In this document: in pieces, positions 50,342-63,143 of the stretch | Layout of the letters: the number at the start of each line of letters is the position of its first letter | Numbering within the stretch: position 1 is the stretch's first letter | DNA from: Gammaproteobacteria bacterium | GTDB taxonomy: Bacteria; Pseudomonadota; Gammaproteobacteria; CAJXQU01 | Direction of reading: 5' to 3' | Length of the DNA stretch: 64,000 nt | NCBI GenBank assembly: GCA_965238175.1 | Contig: CBDEGZ010000003.1 | Span: forward strand, 2,880,001-2,944,000 | Notes under the pieces: generated by a model | Told to the model about the DNA's origin: nothing | The model's database searches: none | Seen by the model: the letters and a program-made list of their open reading frames with translations, nothing else | Translations under genes and position numbers: made by a program

Positions 50342-51709
50342 CTATAAGGCTTTCGCCGTATCTCGAAAATCTGCTGGATCAAGATTATGTGTGCTTAACA
50401 ATTTATAAAATTCCGTACGGTTCCTGCCCGCTATACGTGCCGAATTAGCAACCTGACCTCTGGTTAATTGTAAAACGCTGATCAAATAATCTTTTTCAAA
50501 CGAATGCTTCGCATCTTTAAGCGTTAAAAGATCTCTTGCCTTATTGCCTAACGCCTTTTGCACCATACTCAAAGGAATAATATTAGCTTTGTTCAATGTT
50601 GCACACAAATCAACAACATTTATCAACTGCCTGACATTTCCAGGCCAAGATGAGGCGATCAAATAGTTAATCGCATCAGGGGAAAAACCTTTCTTCTTCT
50701 CGCCTTTTTTCTTGGCAAACTTTTCTAAATAGTGCTCTAACAATAGTTCGATATCTTCGGGTCTTTCGGCCAAACTAGGAATCGCCAATGGCACAACATT
50801 CAACCGATAATATAGATCAGCCCGGAACGCACCGTCTGAGACCGCCTGTTCTAAATCGGTATGAGTAGCAGAAATAATGCGAACGTTTATTGAAACACTA
50901 CGTACTGAACCAACAGGTCTTACTTGAAAATCTTGTAGTACACGAAGCAATTTGACTTGCAAATCTAGAGGCATATCACCTATTTCATCAAGAAATAATG
51001 TTCCACCATCAGCCGCTTTGAACAAACCCTCATGTTGAGCCATCGCACCTGTAAAAGCACCTTTCTCATGACCAAATAACTCAGACTCTAATAGTTGTTC
51101 TGGAATTGCACCACAGTTCACACCAATAAAAGGTTTGTCTTTTCTAGGACTAGCATCGTGTATTGCTTTAGCCAATATTTCCTTACCAGTACCCGTTTCA
51201 CCACTGATAAATACGGTGATATCTCCATCAGCAACCGCCTTACCTTGGGCAATCAATTCAGCCATGGACGAACTGCGGTAGATAATATTTCGACCAAAAT
51301 CGCGATCTTTCTTAGCCTTACCTTTATTAAGGTGTAGATTTTTTCTAATTTGTGAAACAAGTTCTTCCTTATCAACTGGCTTAGTTAAAAATGCAGAAGA
51401 ACCTAAATGAGTCGCCTTTACAGCATCAGGAATATTCGCCTGTCCGCTTAGCATAATCACAGGAAGCAAAGGATTAAGACGATGAATTTCTGCCAACAAA
51501 GCCATACCATCCATTTCATCCATTATAAGATCTGTGATCACAATGTCTGGTCTTGTAATACTAATCTGAGCAAGTGCGTTTCTTCCAGAATTAACAGCTA
51601 CAACATCAAAATTTTCGGCTTTAAGCCATTTCGAAAATAATGCAAGAATATCGCTATCGTCGTCGACAACTAATATTCTAGAAGTTAGTTCTTTTGTTTT
51701 TTTACTCAC
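50342..51709 (-). CDS. Sigma-54-dependent response regulator, GlrR (QseF/YfhA)-like
   Basis: [26 protein letters not shown]-terminal [15 protein letters not shown] typical of GlrR. Confidence 0.85.
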   Translation of the reverse strand: MSKKTKELTSRILVVDDDSDILALFSKWLKAENFDVVAVNSGRNALAQISITRPDIVITDLIMDEMDGMALLAEIHRLNPLLPVIMLSGQANIPDAVKATHLGSSAFLTKPVDKEELVSQIRKNLHLNKGKAKKDRDFGRNIIYRSSSMAELIAQGKAVADGDITVFISGETGTGKEILAKAIHDASPRKDKPFIGVNCGAIPEQLLESELFGHEKGAFTGAMAQHEGLFKAADGGTLFLDEIGDMPLDLQVKLLRVLQDFQVRPVGSVRSVSINVRIISATHTDLEQAVSDGAFRADLYYRLNVVPLAIPSLAERPEDIELLLEHYLEKFAKKKGEKKKGFSPDAINYLIASSWPGNVRQLINVVDLCATLNKANIIPLSMVQKALGNKARDLLTLKDAKHSFEKDYLISVLQLTRGQVANSARIAGRNRTEFYKLLSTHNLDPADFRDTAKAL

Positions 51710-51841
51710 AATGTTCCGCTATCTCATAATTTCTAACTGACGATTGTATTGACTTGGTTAAAAACTAACCATATCCAACTGTGAAAAAACATAAACAGGA
51801 AGAAAACTTACGTTTCATATTGATAGGATTACCTACTCACC

Positions 51842-53674
51842 TTACTCAACTGTCACCGATTTTGCCAGATTCCTCGGCTGATCAACATCAGCCCCTTTGA
51901 TTACTGCTACATGATAAGAAAATAATTGTAATGGGATGGTATAAATAATAGGTGCTATTGCATCTTCAACGGATGCAACATTCAAAACAGTCACTCCCTC
52001 AGAATCTGACATATTTGCATTCACATCTGCAAAAACGATTAATTCACCACCACGTGCACGCACTTCTTCTAAGTTCGATTTTAACTTTTCGATCAAACTA
52101 TTATTCGGTGCAACGGCAATAATAGGCATATCTTCATCAACTAGTGCTAATGGGCCATGCTTCAATTCACCCGCAGGATAAGCTTCCGCATGAATGTAAG
52201 AAATTTCTTTGATCTTTAAAGCGCCTTCCATTGCAATCGGGTACATCGTTCCACGCCCCAAATACAAGGCATGATGTTTCTGTGAAAAACGTTTAGACAA
52301 GGATTCAATTTTATCGTTTAATTCTAGTGCAACATTAACTTTACCGGGCAAACTCTCAAGCTGAGAAATAAGCTCTTCTTCTTGAGCTCTGGTCATGCCA
52401 TTTCTACGACCAAGTGCAATAACCAAAAGCATTAACGCCACTAGTTGCGTAGTAAAAGCCTTAGTTGAAGCGACACCTATTTCAGTTCCAGCTCGAGTCA
52501 ACAAGACTAGATCAGATTCTCTGGTTAACGAGCTCTCAGGCACATTGCAAATTACCATTGAATGATCAAAGCCTGACTTTTTAGCTTCTTTAAGCGCAGC
52601 TAAAGTATCAGCTGTTTCACCAGATTGTGAAATCGTCAAAAACAGAGTATCTGGATTAACAACATGTTCTCTATACCTAAATTCGCTAGCAACTTCGATT
52701 TGACATGGAACACAAGCCAGCGACTCCAGCCAATATTTTGCAACCAGCCCCGCATGGTAGCTCGTACCACAAGCGACGATTTGAACAGCTTTTACCTGAT
52801 CTAAAATAGCATCTCCGTTTAAACCAAAAACATCCTTAGCTAGCTTGTCATTTATAATTCGACCTTCTAGCGTATCCGCAATTGCACGAGGCTGAGTAAA
52901 GATCTCTTTCAACATATAATGTCGATAACCTGCTTTATCCGAAGCATCTGCAGACAATTCAGATGTGCTTATGGGTCGATCAACTTCGTTGCCTGATGCG
53001 TCATAAATAACCAATGAATCTTTACGAATATCAGCGATATCTCCATCTTCAAGAAATATAAAACGTTGCGTTACTGGTAATAATGCAAATACATCCGATG
53101 CAATAAAATATTCCCCAATACCAACACCAATAACAAGTGGGCTGCCTAAACGCGCTGTGACAAGATGATCTGGCTCTTCATTACTAACAACACCTAGAGC
53201 ATAGGCACCTTCTAGTACAGGAATCGTCGCACGTACTGCATCTAGTAAGTTCTTACCCGACTCCATATGATCATAAACTTCGTGAACAATGACTTCCGTA
53301 TCAGTTTGGGAAATAAACTTATGCTTTAGTTCTAATTGTTTTTGTCGAAGAATTTCATGGTTCTCTATAATACCATTATGAACTACCGCAACTTTTCCAC
53401 CACAGATATGTGGATGGGCATTGGCGGTACTCGGTTCACCATGAGTTGCCCAGCGAGTGTGCGCTATCCCCAATGAGCCAAGTAACGGTTCTTTCTCTAA
53501 TGCCTCTTCCAGCCCAACAACCTTACCTAAAACCCTGTGTCGATCTATTACAGAATTTTGATCGATTATTGCCATCCCAGCAGAATCATACCCTCGATAC
53601 TCAAGTCGTTTTAAACCTTCTAATAAGACTGGCGCAATATCACGTTGGCCTACTCCACCCACTATTCCACACAT
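51842..53674 (-). CDS. glmS: Glutamine--fructose-6-phosphate aminotransferase
   Basis: [41 protein letters not shown]. Confidence 0.97.
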   Translation of the reverse strand: MCGIVGGVGQRDIAPVLLEGLKRLEYRGYDSAGMAIIDQNSVIDRHRVLGKVVGLEEALEKEPLLGSLGIAHTRWATHGEPSTANAHPHICGGKVAVVHNGIIENHEILRQKQLELKHKFISQTDTEVIVHEVYDHMESGKNLLDAVRATIPVLEGAYALGVVSNEEPDHLVTARLGSPLVIGVGIGEYFIASDVFALLPVTQRFIFLEDGDIADIRKDSLVIYDASGNEVDRPISTSELSADASDKAGYRHYMLKEIFTQPRAIADTLEGRIINDKLAKDVFGLNGDAILDQVKAVQIVACGTSYHAGLVAKYWLESLACVPCQIEVASEFRYREHVVNPDTLFLTISQSGETADTLAALKEAKKSGFDHSMVICNVPESSLTRESDLVLLTRAGTEIGVASTKAFTTQLVALMLLVIALGRRNGMTRAQEEELISQLESLPGKVNVALELNDKIESLSKRFSQKHHALYLGRGTMYPIAMEGALKIKEISYIHAEAYPAGELKHGPLALVDEDMPIIAVAPNNSLIEKLKSNLEEVRARGGELIVFADVNANMSDSEGVTVLNVASVEDAIAPIIYTIPLQLFSYHVAVIKGADVDQPRNLAKSVTVE

Positions 53675-53822
53675 TGATAAAATCTCTCTTCGTTAAAAAA
53701 CTAAAAACACACTGATGTAAGATAATATCCAAAGACCTTACATTTCTGTGATAAACATTGTCAGAGAAACGCTTACTTGACCTTTTTATACATTGTCTTA
53801 GATAGCCATAGTAACAAAGAGT

Positions 53823-53842
53823 TTGTCGTCAATTAACGACAA
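53823..53842. promoter_or_regulatory. Palindromic TGTC-N10-GACA box upstream of glmS
   Basis: TTGTCGTCAATTAACGACAA, about 150 nt upstream of the glmS ATG. Confidence 0.55.
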
Positions 53843-53984
53843 TACTTTAATTTTGAGAAGGTTTTAACAGAAACTGAAATATTAATACTTATTTTAAAGA
53901 ATTGACCAGGAAATAAAATGCCCCCTTGATACGTTCCTAGAAAAACAACAGAATAATAAAAATGGAGCTAACTATGTGTTTTTA

Positions 53985-54062
<78 letters not shown>

Positions 54063-54129
54063 ATTATGAATTGTGACTAGCTTGATTGGAATCTAGATGC
54101 TTTAAATTTGTAGAGACTAAATTGAAAAA

Positions 54130-54486
54130 CTAACGTTTAAGGATGTCCAGAACTTCTTCCAGCTCACCTCGAAGTTGTTTTACTATTTGTTTGCTAATAT
54201 CTGAATCTGCTTTTACTTCATCTCCAGACAATCTTTGTCTGGCACCACCGATAGTGAAACCGTGCTCGTATAACAAACTACGTATTTGACGGATCAAGAT
54301 AACATCTTCACGTTGGTAATAACGTCGATTACCACGCCTTTTGATTGGGCTTAATTGTGGGAACTCTTGTTCCCAATATCTCAGAACGTGTGGCTTTACC
54401 GCACATAATTCACTGACTTCACCGATAGTAAAATATCGTTTCCCTGGTATTACAGGTAGTTCGTTATTATTAGCTGCTTCCAGCAT
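54130..54486 (-). CDS. MerR-family regulator conserved downstream of ihfA
   Basis: [31 protein letters not shown]. Confidence 0.92.
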   Translation of the reverse strand: MLEAANNNELPVIPGKRYFTIGEVSELCAVKPHVLRYWEQEFPQLSPIKRRGNRRYYQREDVILIRQIRSLLYEHGFTIGGARQRLSGDEVKADSDISKQIVKQLRGELEEVLDILKR

Positions 54487-54766
54487 AAACTTCCACCCTA
54501 GCTTTTAATTTTTGTCCTGGTTTAAAGGTTACAACTCTGCGGGCACTAATGGGTATTTCTTCACCTGTTTTAGGATTACGTCCAGGACGCTGACTCTTAT
54601 CGCGCAAATCAAAATTACCAAATCCTGATAACTTAACCTGTACACCCGTACTCAATGCGGTGCGGATCTCCCCAAAAAACATTTCGACCAGTTCCTTTGC
54701 TTCTCGCTTGTTCAATCCAAGCTCATCAAATAGCATTTCTGCCATATCTGCTTTGGTGAGTGCCAT
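54470..54766 (-). CDS. ihfA: Integration host factor alpha
   Basis: [23 protein letters not shown]; follows pheT. Confidence 0.96.
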   Translation of the reverse strand: MALTKADMAEMLFDELGLNKREAKELVEMFFGEIRTALSTGVQVKLSGFGNFDLRDKSQRPGRNPKTGEEIPISARRVVTFKPGQKLKARVEVYAGSS

Positions 54767-54813
54767 ATTTCCCCGTGATTATAATGTCGTTCAATCAATG
54801 CTAATAAGTGATT

Positions 54814-57198
54814 TTATTCTCTAGGTGTCGCCCCTATGTCACTTTTCAATCTTGATAGTATTATTTTTAGTAATTCGTCAATTTCCTGATCTACAAGAGT
54901 GCTCGAAGTTCCTTGAAAGATCAAGCCCAGTGCCACACTTTTTTTCATTGATTCAACGCCTTCACCCTGATATAGGTCAAATAACTGCACATTTTTTAAT
55001 ATTTGTGACTTATTTCCTTTTATACAACTTGAAATTCTTGAAACCTCTACATCTTTATCAACAAGCAAACTTATATCGCGACGCACAAATGGATACTTAG
55101 ATAAGCCAGAAAATTGCGGTAGCGTTCCTTCAAGAATAATCCCAAGATCTAACTGAAAAAAACCAGTTTCTTGTTCCAAGCCCAATTTTGGAGTGACAAC
55201 AGGACTTAACATACCTAAGTAACCTATTTTTTGCCCGTTCTTATAAATATCTGCTGACTGTCCAGGGTGCAAAGCTATGTAACCTCCTTTTTTGAACTCA
55301 TAGTCAGATAAATTACCAGATTGCGACAATAGCGCTTCCACATCGCTTTTTAGATCATAAAAATCTAAGGCCTTAGGAACTAAGCCCCATTGTTCAGGAA
55401 ATGTATTGCCACTGACAATCCCCGCAAGAACATTCTTTTGCACAGTTTTATCACCTTCGTTAAAGAAAACCATGCCGGTTTCGAATAATCTAACACAATC
55501 ATTTTGACGATTAAGGTTATAAATCAATGCTTGGGATAATCCTGTTAATAAGGATGTTCTCATCACTGACATATCATTCGAGATGGGATTCATTAAAGAA
55601 ACGGCGGTTTGATGATCATGCTCGGCTAAACTATCTTGCATGGCAGGCTCAACAAAACTGTAAGTAATTGCTTCCTGATAGCCTTTTACAACTAATACAT
55701 TTCGTAGGCCATTTAGATCAAGCTGAGCTTCAGCACGTGGTTTAATCACCATTGAAACCGCAGGATTGTTAACGGTTAGGTTGTTATAACCTTTGACACG
55801 TGCAATTTCCTCGATCAAATCTGCTTCAATCGCAATATCATAACGATGCGATGGAGAAGTAACAGACCAGTCAGATCCACTTTTCTCTACCGTCATTCCA
55901 AGCCGTTTAAGACTGGTTTCAATGTACTCATCATCAAACTCGATGCCAAGTAGTCGGGTGATTCTAGTCTTACGTAATTGGATTTCTGATCTGACAGGTA
56001 AATTTTGCTCTGAAGCTTGTTGTGAAACAGGGCCAGCATCACCACCACAAATTTCTAAAATAAGTTCAGTTGCTCGCTCTATGGCAATAGTTTGTAGTTG
56101 AAAATCGACACCACGCTCAAAACGGTGTGAAGAATCTGTCTGCACTTTATACTTTCTAGTTTTACCTGCCATTTCTGCGGGTGTGAAAAACGCACTTTCC
56201 AGAAATAACGCTTCTGTACCCTCGGCCACAGATGAATCTAACCCACCCATAATTCCAGCTAAGGCTATAGCATTTTTTTGATCAGCAATTACCAACGTAT
56301 CTTCATCTAACTCAACTTCTTGCTCATCCAATAATGTCAGCTTTTCACCTTGTAGTGCTTTTCTAACAATAATTCCACCTTTTAACTTAGCCAAGTCAAA
56401 AGCATGCATAGGTTGCCCAAGTTCCAACATCACATAATTTGTAATATCAACAACCGGATGAATTGATCGAAGGCTACTGCGACGTAAACGTTCTTGCATC
56501 CAAAGTGGAGTCACCACATTCGTACTAATATTAGTAATCACTCGTCCAATGTAATTTGGACACCCACCAGGCAATTGGACATCAATTGGAAAGGTTTGAT
56601 CAGTAGTTGCGTTAACTACCCTAATATCATTGCTTAGAACTTCGCTATTACTCAAGACACCAACATCTCTGGCAACGCCACGTAAGCTAAAACAATCGCC
56701 ACGATTGGGTGTTAGATCAACTTCAATAATGGAATCGTCTAGATCAAAATAATCACGTAGATCCTGTCCTATTTCAGCATCTGCCGGTAATTCCATAATA
56801 CCGTCAGCTTTATCCGCCAAACCTAACTCAGAGGCTGAACTTAGCATTCCAAATGAAGGTACGCCTCTTAATTTAGCCTTCTTTATCTTCATCCCACCAG
56901 GCAATACGGCACCAACAATAGCAAGTGCTGTGATTAAACCTTCTCGTGCATTTGCAGCACCGCAAACAATATCAACCAGTTCATCACCACCGAAATCAAC
57001 TTTACAGAGCTGTAATTTATCTGCATCAGGATGTTGCTCTGCAGATATGATGCTTGCGACGACTACGCCAGAGAATTCAGGCGCAGCAGGTTCTACACCA
57101 TCGACTTCCATGCCACCCATCGTCAAAAGATCGGACAACTCACTTGTTGAAAGTGTGGGATCCACACTTTCTCGCAACCATTTTTCACTAAATTTCAT
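54814..57198 (-). CDS. pheT: Phenylalanine--tRNA ligase beta subunit
   Basis: MKFSEKWLRE, TPNRGDC, RFERGVD, DLIEEIAR. Confidence 0.97.
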   Translation of the reverse strand: MKFSEKWLRESVDPTLSTSELSDLLTMGGMEVDGVEPAAPEFSGVVVASIISAEQHPDADKLQLCKVDFGGDELVDIVCGAANAREGLITALAIVGAVLPGGMKIKKAKLRGVPSFGMLSSASELGLADKADGIMELPADAEIGQDLRDYFDLDDSIIEVDLTPNRGDCFSLRGVARDVGVLSNSEVLSNDIRVVNATTDQTFPIDVQLPGGCPNYIGRVITNISTNVVTPLWMQERLRRSSLRSIHPVVDITNYVMLELGQPMHAFDLAKLKGGIIVRKALQGEKLTLLDEQEVELDEDTLVIADQKNAIALAGIMGGLDSSVAEGTEALFLESAFFTPAEMAGKTRKYKVQTDSSHRFERGVDFQLQTIAIERATELILEICGGDAGPVSQQASEQNLPVRSEIQLRKTRITRLLGIEFDDEYIETSLKRLGMTVEKSGSDWSVTSPSHRYDIAIEADLIEEIARVKGYNNLTVNNPAVSMVIKPRAEAQLDLNGLRNVLVVKGYQEAITYSFVEPAMQDSLAEHDHQTAVSLMNPISNDMSVMRTSLLTGLSQALIYNLNRQNDCVRLFETGMVFFNEGDKTVQKNVLAGIVSGNTFPEQWGLVPKALDFYDLKSDVEALLSQSGNLSDYEFKKGGYIALHPGQSADIYKNGQKIGYLGMLSPVVTPKLGLEQETGFFQLDLGIILEGTLPQFSGLSKYPFVRRDISLLVDKDVEVSRISSCIKGNKSQILKNVQLFDLYQGEGVESMKKSVALGLIFQGTSSTLVDQEIDELLKIILSRLKSDIGATPRE

Positions 57199-57202
57199 AA
57201 AC

Positions 57203-58237
<1,035 letters not shown>

Positions 58238-58246
58238 TTATAAAAC

Positions 58247-58277
58247 AAAATGGGGAAAGGTTTTTAGCCTTTCCCCA
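58247..58277 (-). terminator. Intrinsic terminator between rplT and pheS
   Basis: TGGGGAAAGG/CCTTTCCCCA stem with T run on the minus strand. Confidence 0.75.
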
Positions 58278-58331
58278 GAATTTGTAATCCATCCGTGCAC
58301 TACCCATTCTGGTAGACACAAAATATATATA

Positions 58332-58691
58332 TTAAGCTGCCAGTGCGTTCTTGGCCTGCTCTGCTAAATGACTGAATGCCGTGGCATCATTAACTGCCAA
58401 CTCTGCCAACATCTTGCGATCTACTTCAATTGAGGCTTTTGACAAACCATTCATGAACCTGCTGTAAGACAAGCCATTTAATCTCGCTGCAGCATTAATT
58501 CGTGCAATCCATAAAGCTCTAAACTGACGTTTACGTTGACGTCGATCTCGATAAGCGTATTGCCCTGCTTTTGTGACTGCTTGTACGGCTACGCGATATA
58601 CATTCTTACGCCGACCTCTATAACCTTTCGCTTGCGCGATGACCTTCTTGTGTCTGGCGTGGGCTGTTACACCTCTTTTTACTCTTGGCAT
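58332..58691 (-). CDS. rplT: 50S ribosomal protein L20
   Basis: [26 protein letters not shown]. Confidence 0.97.
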   Translation of the reverse strand: MPRVKRGVTAHARHKKVIAQAKGYRGRRKNVYRVAVQAVTKAGQYAYRDRRQRKRQFRALWIARINAAARLNGLSYSRFMNGLSKASIEVDRKMLAELAVNDATAFSHLAEQAKNALAA

Positions 58692-58762
58692 CTCTTAATT
58701 CCTCAATCTCTCTGATCTTTTTGGCTGATCTACTTGTCTGATCTATTCTGCTTACTTTTTAT

Positions 58763-58960
58763 TTACATGTAAGGCAACATTTTATCAACTAACTTTTTAT
58801 CAGGCAGTGATAAAACAATATTCTCTCGTAACTGACGTTTACGCTTCGGACTCTTTTTAGTCAGAATGTGGCTGGTAAACGATTGGCGATGTTTGATCTT
58901 GCCAGAAGCTGTGCGTTTAAAACGCTTAGCCGCACCACGATTTGTTCTGATTTTAGGCAT
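58763..58960 (-). CDS. rpmI: 50S ribosomal protein L35
   Basis: [20 protein letters not shown]. Confidence 0.96.
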   Translation of the reverse strand: MPKIRTNRGAAKRFKRTASGKIKHRQSFTSHILTKKSPKRKRQLRENIVLSLPDKKLVDKMLPYM

Positions 58961-59021
58961 TACTTGTCTTCTCCAATATTGTCTAGCTGTTCTGATAAAT
59001 TCATCTATAAACTATCAGAAA

Positions 59022-59540
59022 TTAATTCTTTCTCGGTGCTATAACCATCACCATTTGGCGACCTTCCATCTTAGGAAATTGTTCAACACTTCCCAATTCG
59101 TCCAAATCTGCTTCAACACGTTTTAGCATCTGCATGCCAATTTCCTGATGCGCCATTTCTCGACCGCGGAATCGCATGGTCACTTTTACCTTATCGCCAT
59201 TGTTGAGAAATTTTGTTAGATTCCTGAGCTTAATATTGTAATCACCAATATCGGTCGCCGGTCGGAATTTAATTTCCTTAATCTGCACCTGCTTCTGTTT
59301 TTTCTTGGAGGCATTACGCTTTTTACTTTGTTCAAATCTGAACTTACCAAAATCCATGATGCGGCAAACCGGTGGTTCCGCATTTGGTACTATTTCTACC
59401 AGATCTTTTCGGCTATCGGCGGCACTTTGTTTTGCTTCTTCAAGCGTTACTACGCCTACCTGTTCTCCATCCGCACCTATAAGACGAACCTTAGGAGCGG
59501 AGATCGCGTCGTTAACACGATTCTTCTTGTCAGCTGCGAT
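59022..59540 (-). CDS. infC: Translation initiation factor IF-3, non-canonical ATC start
   Basis: GGAGG-AATAAAAC-ATC GCA GCT, 3 nt after the thrS stop and in frame with the provided 111-aa ORF; 173 codons including stop. Confidence 0.92.
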   Translation of the reverse strand: MAADKKNRVNDAISAPKVRLIGADGEQVGVVTLEEAKQSAADSRKDLVEIVPNAEPPVCRIMDFGKFRFEQSKKRNASKKKQKQVQIKEIKFRPATDIGDYNIKLRNLTKFLNNGDKVKVTMRFRGREMAHQEIGMQMLKRVEADLDELGSVEQFPKMEGRQMVMVIAPRKN

Positions 59541-59543
59541 GTT

Positions 59544-61469
59544 TTATTCCTCCAAAACAACATGACCGCGTGTATTAATATCCTGCTGAAGATGGTTAAC
59601 AAACTCTTCAGGAGTCATTGTCCCGAGATCTTTTCCTTCTCGAGTACGCACGGACACGGTACCATTTTCAATTTCCCGATCACCTGTTACCAGCATGTAG
59701 GGGACGCGTTGTAAAGTGTGCTCGCGGATTTTAAGCCCGATCTTCTCATTTCTCAAGTCCGGAATCACACGAAACCCCTGTTTTTTCAAGGATTCTGTTA
59801 CTTTTGATGCATATTCGGCCTGAGAATCTGTAATATTGATAATTACGGCCTGGATCGGTGACAACCATGTCGGAAATGATCCGGCATGTTCTTCTATCAA
59901 TATTCCGATAAATCTTTCCAACGATCCCAATATCGCTCTATGCAGCATTACAGGGGTTTGACGGCTGCCATCTTCAGCAACATATTCTGCTCCTAATCGT
60001 TCTGGCATGGAAAAATCAACCTGTATCGTCCCGCACTGCCAGACTCGACCAATGCAATCTTTCAAAGAGAATTCAATTTTCGGGCCATAAAATGCACCTT
60101 CGCCAGGCTGTAATTCCCAATCGAGCTTTTTGTTATTTAAAGCCTGTTCAAGTGCTTTTTCAGAGTTGTCCCAAACATCATCGCTACCAACACGCTTTTC
60201 TGGCCGAGTCGAGAGTTTGATAATAATCTCTTTAAAACCAAAATCTTTGTAAACTTCATATAAAAGATCAATAAAGTCCGAAACCTCATCTTGAATTTGA
60301 TCTTCTGTACAAAAAATATGCGCATCGTCTTGTACAAAATTTCTCAGGCGCATTAAACCATGCAACGTTCCGGATGCTTCATTTCGATGACAAGATCCAA
60401 ACTCGGCCATTCGCAATGGTAAATCACGATAACTTTTGATCCCACGATTATATATCTGTACATGACATGGACAATTCATTGGTTTCACTGCGTAATCCCG
60501 ATTTTCGGAATTAGTGGTAAACATGTCCTCGCGGAATTTCTCCCAGTGACCAGATTTCTCCCATAAACTACGATCAACTAATTCAGGCGTATGAACCTCT
60601 TCATAGCCATGTAAGCGGATCTTATTACGAATATAATTTTCAACCTCTTTGAAGATTGTCCATCCTTTATCATGCCAAAAGATCATACCCGGCGCTTCAG
60701 GCTGAATATGGAAAAGATCTTGCTGTACAGCCAGCTTACGATGATCACGTTTTTCGGCTTCTTCAAGCCGGTGTAGATAATCTTTTAGATCTTTTTTATC
60801 AGACCAAGCGGTTCCATAAATCCGTTGCAACATTTCATTATCAGAATCACCACGCCAGTACGCGCCAGCCAACTTCATCAATTTAAAGACTTTTATCTTA
60901 CCGGTACTCGGAACATGGGGACCACGACAAAGATCAATAAACTCCCCTTGTTTATAAAGCGATAGATCTTCATCACTTGGAATAGATGCAATGATCTCAG
61001 CTTTATATTCCTCACCCATGTCACGGAAAAAATTCACCGCTTCATCACGTCCCATGACACTGCGTTCTACTTGAAAATCTTGCTTTGACAGCTCCTTCAT
61101 TTTTTTCTCTATGGCGGTCAAATCTTCCGGCGTGAATGTTCGCTCATAGGCAAAGTCGTAGTAAAAACCATTTTCAATAACAGGTCCAATGGTAACCTGT
61201 GCAGTCGGGAACAATTCTTTAACAGCTTGTGCCAACAAATGTGCACAACTATGACGAATAACATCAAGACCTTCTTGATCTCTTGTTGTGATAATCGCAA
61301 GTTCAGCATTCTGATCAATTTGATACGAAGTATCAACAAGTTCACCATCAACTTTACCCGCTAATGCAGCACGAGCAAGCCCTTCGCCGATCGACATTGC
61401 GACATCATGAACGCTTACGGTGTTTTCATATTGACGTTCGCTACCGTCAGGAAGTGTAATAGTGAGCAT
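59544..61469 (-). CDS. thrS: Threonine--tRNA ligase
   Basis: [38 protein letters not shown]. Confidence 0.97.
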   Translation of the reverse strand: MLTITLPDGSERQYENTVSVHDVAMSIGEGLARAALAGKVDGELVDTSYQIDQNAELAIITTRDQEGLDVIRHSCAHLLAQAVKELFPTAQVTIGPVIENGFYYDFAYERTFTPEDLTAIEKKMKELSKQDFQVERSVMGRDEAVNFFRDMGEEYKAEIIASIPSDEDLSLYKQGEFIDLCRGPHVPSTGKIKVFKLMKLAGAYWRGDSDNEMLQRIYGTAWSDKKDLKDYLHRLEEAEKRDHRKLAVQQDLFHIQPEAPGMIFWHDKGWTIFKEVENYIRNKIRLHGYEEVHTPELVDRSLWEKSGHWEKFREDMFTTNSENRDYAVKPMNCPCHVQIYNRGIKSYRDLPLRMAEFGSCHRNEASGTLHGLMRLRNFVQDDAHIFCTEDQIQDEVSDFIDLLYEVYKDFGFKEIIIKLSTRPEKRVGSDDVWDNSEKALEQALNNKKLDWELQPGEGAFYGPKIEFSLKDCIGRVWQCGTIQVDFSMPERLGAEYVAEDGSRQTPVMLHRAILGSLERFIGILIEEHAGSFPTWLSPIQAVIINITDSQAEYASKVTESLKKQGFRVIPDLRNEKIGLKIREHTLQRVPYMLVTGDREIENGTVSVRTREGKDLGTMTPEEFVNHLQQDINTRGHVVLEE

Positions 61470-61482
61470 GTCTTAACTCCAT

Positions 61483-61505
61483 GGTGATCGATACGAGGGA
61501 TCATC
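61483..61505 (-). promoter_or_regulatory. thrS translational operator hairpin (tRNA-Thr anticodon mimic)
   Basis: GATGATC-CCTCGTATC-GATCACC with CGU in the loop, just upstream of the GGAG RBS. Confidence 0.6.
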
Positions 61506-61568
61506 TTCAGGTTGATTTTAATTTAAACAAAAAAGCACCGTAGTTTTAACACAGTACTTCAAAATAAT

Positions 61569-61645
61569 TGGTAGGCACGAGTGGATTCGAACCACCGACC
61601 CCCACCATGTCAAGGTGGTGCTCTAACCAACTGAGCTACGCGCCT
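61569..61645 (-). tRNA. tRNA-Val(GAC)
   Basis: 77 nt; anticodon loop TTGACAT; GGTTCGAATCC; CCA end. Confidence 0.95.
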
Positions 61646-61721
61646 ATACTCAAGGTCGGGGAGGATACATTAAAACTATTTTTTAGGCTAGCTGACTGTG
61701 ACGCAAGTCTAACGCTTCACA

Positions 61722-63122
61722 TTAATTCCTCGAGTTTGGATCAGTATAGTAGTTCAATGAATCTCCAAAATTCAGATAAGCAAGAACCTCGCTGGCAACC
61801 TCATTTCGACGGATCGTCTTTTTAATCTCCAGATCAGCATGAGCTGCCAAATCAATAATTTTGGCGTCTTCTTTTGGGATATCAGCACTGTAGATGAGTA
61901 AAGTAGGGTTCAATGGATCATTACGATTTATCGCAATAACTCCTGCAATATTATCGTCTGATAATTTGACTATTGTCCCAGGTGGATAAACACCCAACCT
62001 ATTGATAAAGATAGAAAGAATATTTTTATCAAACTTCTTCTGCGAATACATATATGACATTGCTTCATAAGGTGTTAGCAATTTTGAGTTTTGGGTGTTG
62101 TTACAATATCCATCATAAGCATTCGCGACCGCGACAATCTTACTTAACTCACTAATTTGACCGCCTACCAACTGATTCGGATAACCAGATCCATCCTCAC
62201 ATTCACAATGCTGACCAATAATTTCAATAACTGGCTTTGGCAATTTTCCTACTTTTTCAGCTAGTTGCACACCATAGCGTGGGTACAATTGATAGGTTCT
62301 TCGCTCAATATCATTTAAAGGTTTGGTTTTACGCAAAATTGGCGTCGGAATTTTAAGCTGTCCAAAAGTATGCAACATAGCACCCACCCCAAGGTGGTTA
62401 AGTTCCATATCTTTAAGGCCTAATTCCTTACCAACAAGAAGAGACAACATAGTTACGTTGACAATATGAAAGTAACTATTCTCATCCTGGCCTTTCATAT
62501 TCACCAGTTGAATGGCTGCATGAGGATTTTCAACCACTGAGCCAACAATATCACCGACAAGCACTTCAGCTGCCAGCAATGACTCTTTTGGCTGAGCGCG
62601 CATGTTTTTCATGAGATCTTTTACAACTTTTGTCGAATTTGAAAAAGCAGCTTCGCTACGTTTCAGGCTATCTTTACGTGCTTTTTGATCTTTTGCATAA
62701 ACTACTTCTTCAGAAATTTCTTCCTCGAAGATCTCTTCCTCTTCCAATTCTTCCTCGAAGATCTCTTCCTCTTCCAATTCTTCCTCGAAGATCTCTTCCT
62801 CTTTCAATTCGTCCTCAAAATCCAGATCAGGAATATCTTCATCAAAGTCTTCCGTAACTGATGCAACCTCAAGTTCGGGAACCTTAAGATCACTACGAGC
62901 GGTATCGATCGTAATCGTCTTTACACCCATTTCAATAATAATGTTAATTTGTTTCTTATTTTTGATCTTGAACGCGCGGAACATGAACGGATAGTCCGTC
63001 CAGGCACCATCAAGCTTTACGTAATGCCCAACGCATAATTGTTCAATTGATATTTCTTTAAGCGACAAGCTTATTTCATCCGCGAAACTTTCATCATCCC
63101 TCAAATATCGACTCATCCTCAA
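61722..63122 (-). CDS. DUF3391 + degenerate HD-GYP domain protein
   Basis: QLCVGHYV N-terminus, DGSGYP, GVYPPG; HD dyad reads HT. Confidence 0.85.
   Translation of the reverse strand: MRMSRYLRDDESFADEISLSLKEISIEQLCVGHYVKLDGAWTDYPFMFRAFKIKNKKQINIIIEMGVKTITIDTARSDLKVPELEVASVTEDFDEDIPDLDFEDELKEEEIFEEELEEEEIFEEELEEEEIFEEEISEEVVYAKDQKARKDSLKRSEAAFSNSTKVVKDLMKNMRAQPKESLLAAEVLVGDIVGSVVENPHAAIQLVNMKGQDENSYFHIVNVTMLSLLVGKELGLKDMELNHLGVGAMLHTFGQLKIPTPILRKTKPLNDIERRTYQLYPRYGVQLAEKVGKLPKPVIEIIGQHCECEDGSGYPNQLVGGQISELSKIVAVANAYDGYCNNTQNSKLLTPYEAMSYMYSQKKFDKNILSIFINRLGVYPPGTIVKLSDDNIAGVIAINRNDPLNPTLLIYSADIPKEDAKIIDLAAHADLEIKKTIRRNEVASEVLAYLNFGDSLNYYTDPNSRN
62718..62807. repeat. 30-bp coding tandem repeat, 3 copies (LEEEEIFEEE)
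   Basis: ttcttcctcgaagatctcttcctcttccaa x3, one substitution in the third copy. Confidence 0.9.
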
Positions 63123-63143
63123 TAATCTTAAATTAAACTGTAT

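Noticed and set aside
61568-61825. 85-aa ORF MVGTSGFEPPTP...
   Set aside because: Antisense translation of tRNA-Val
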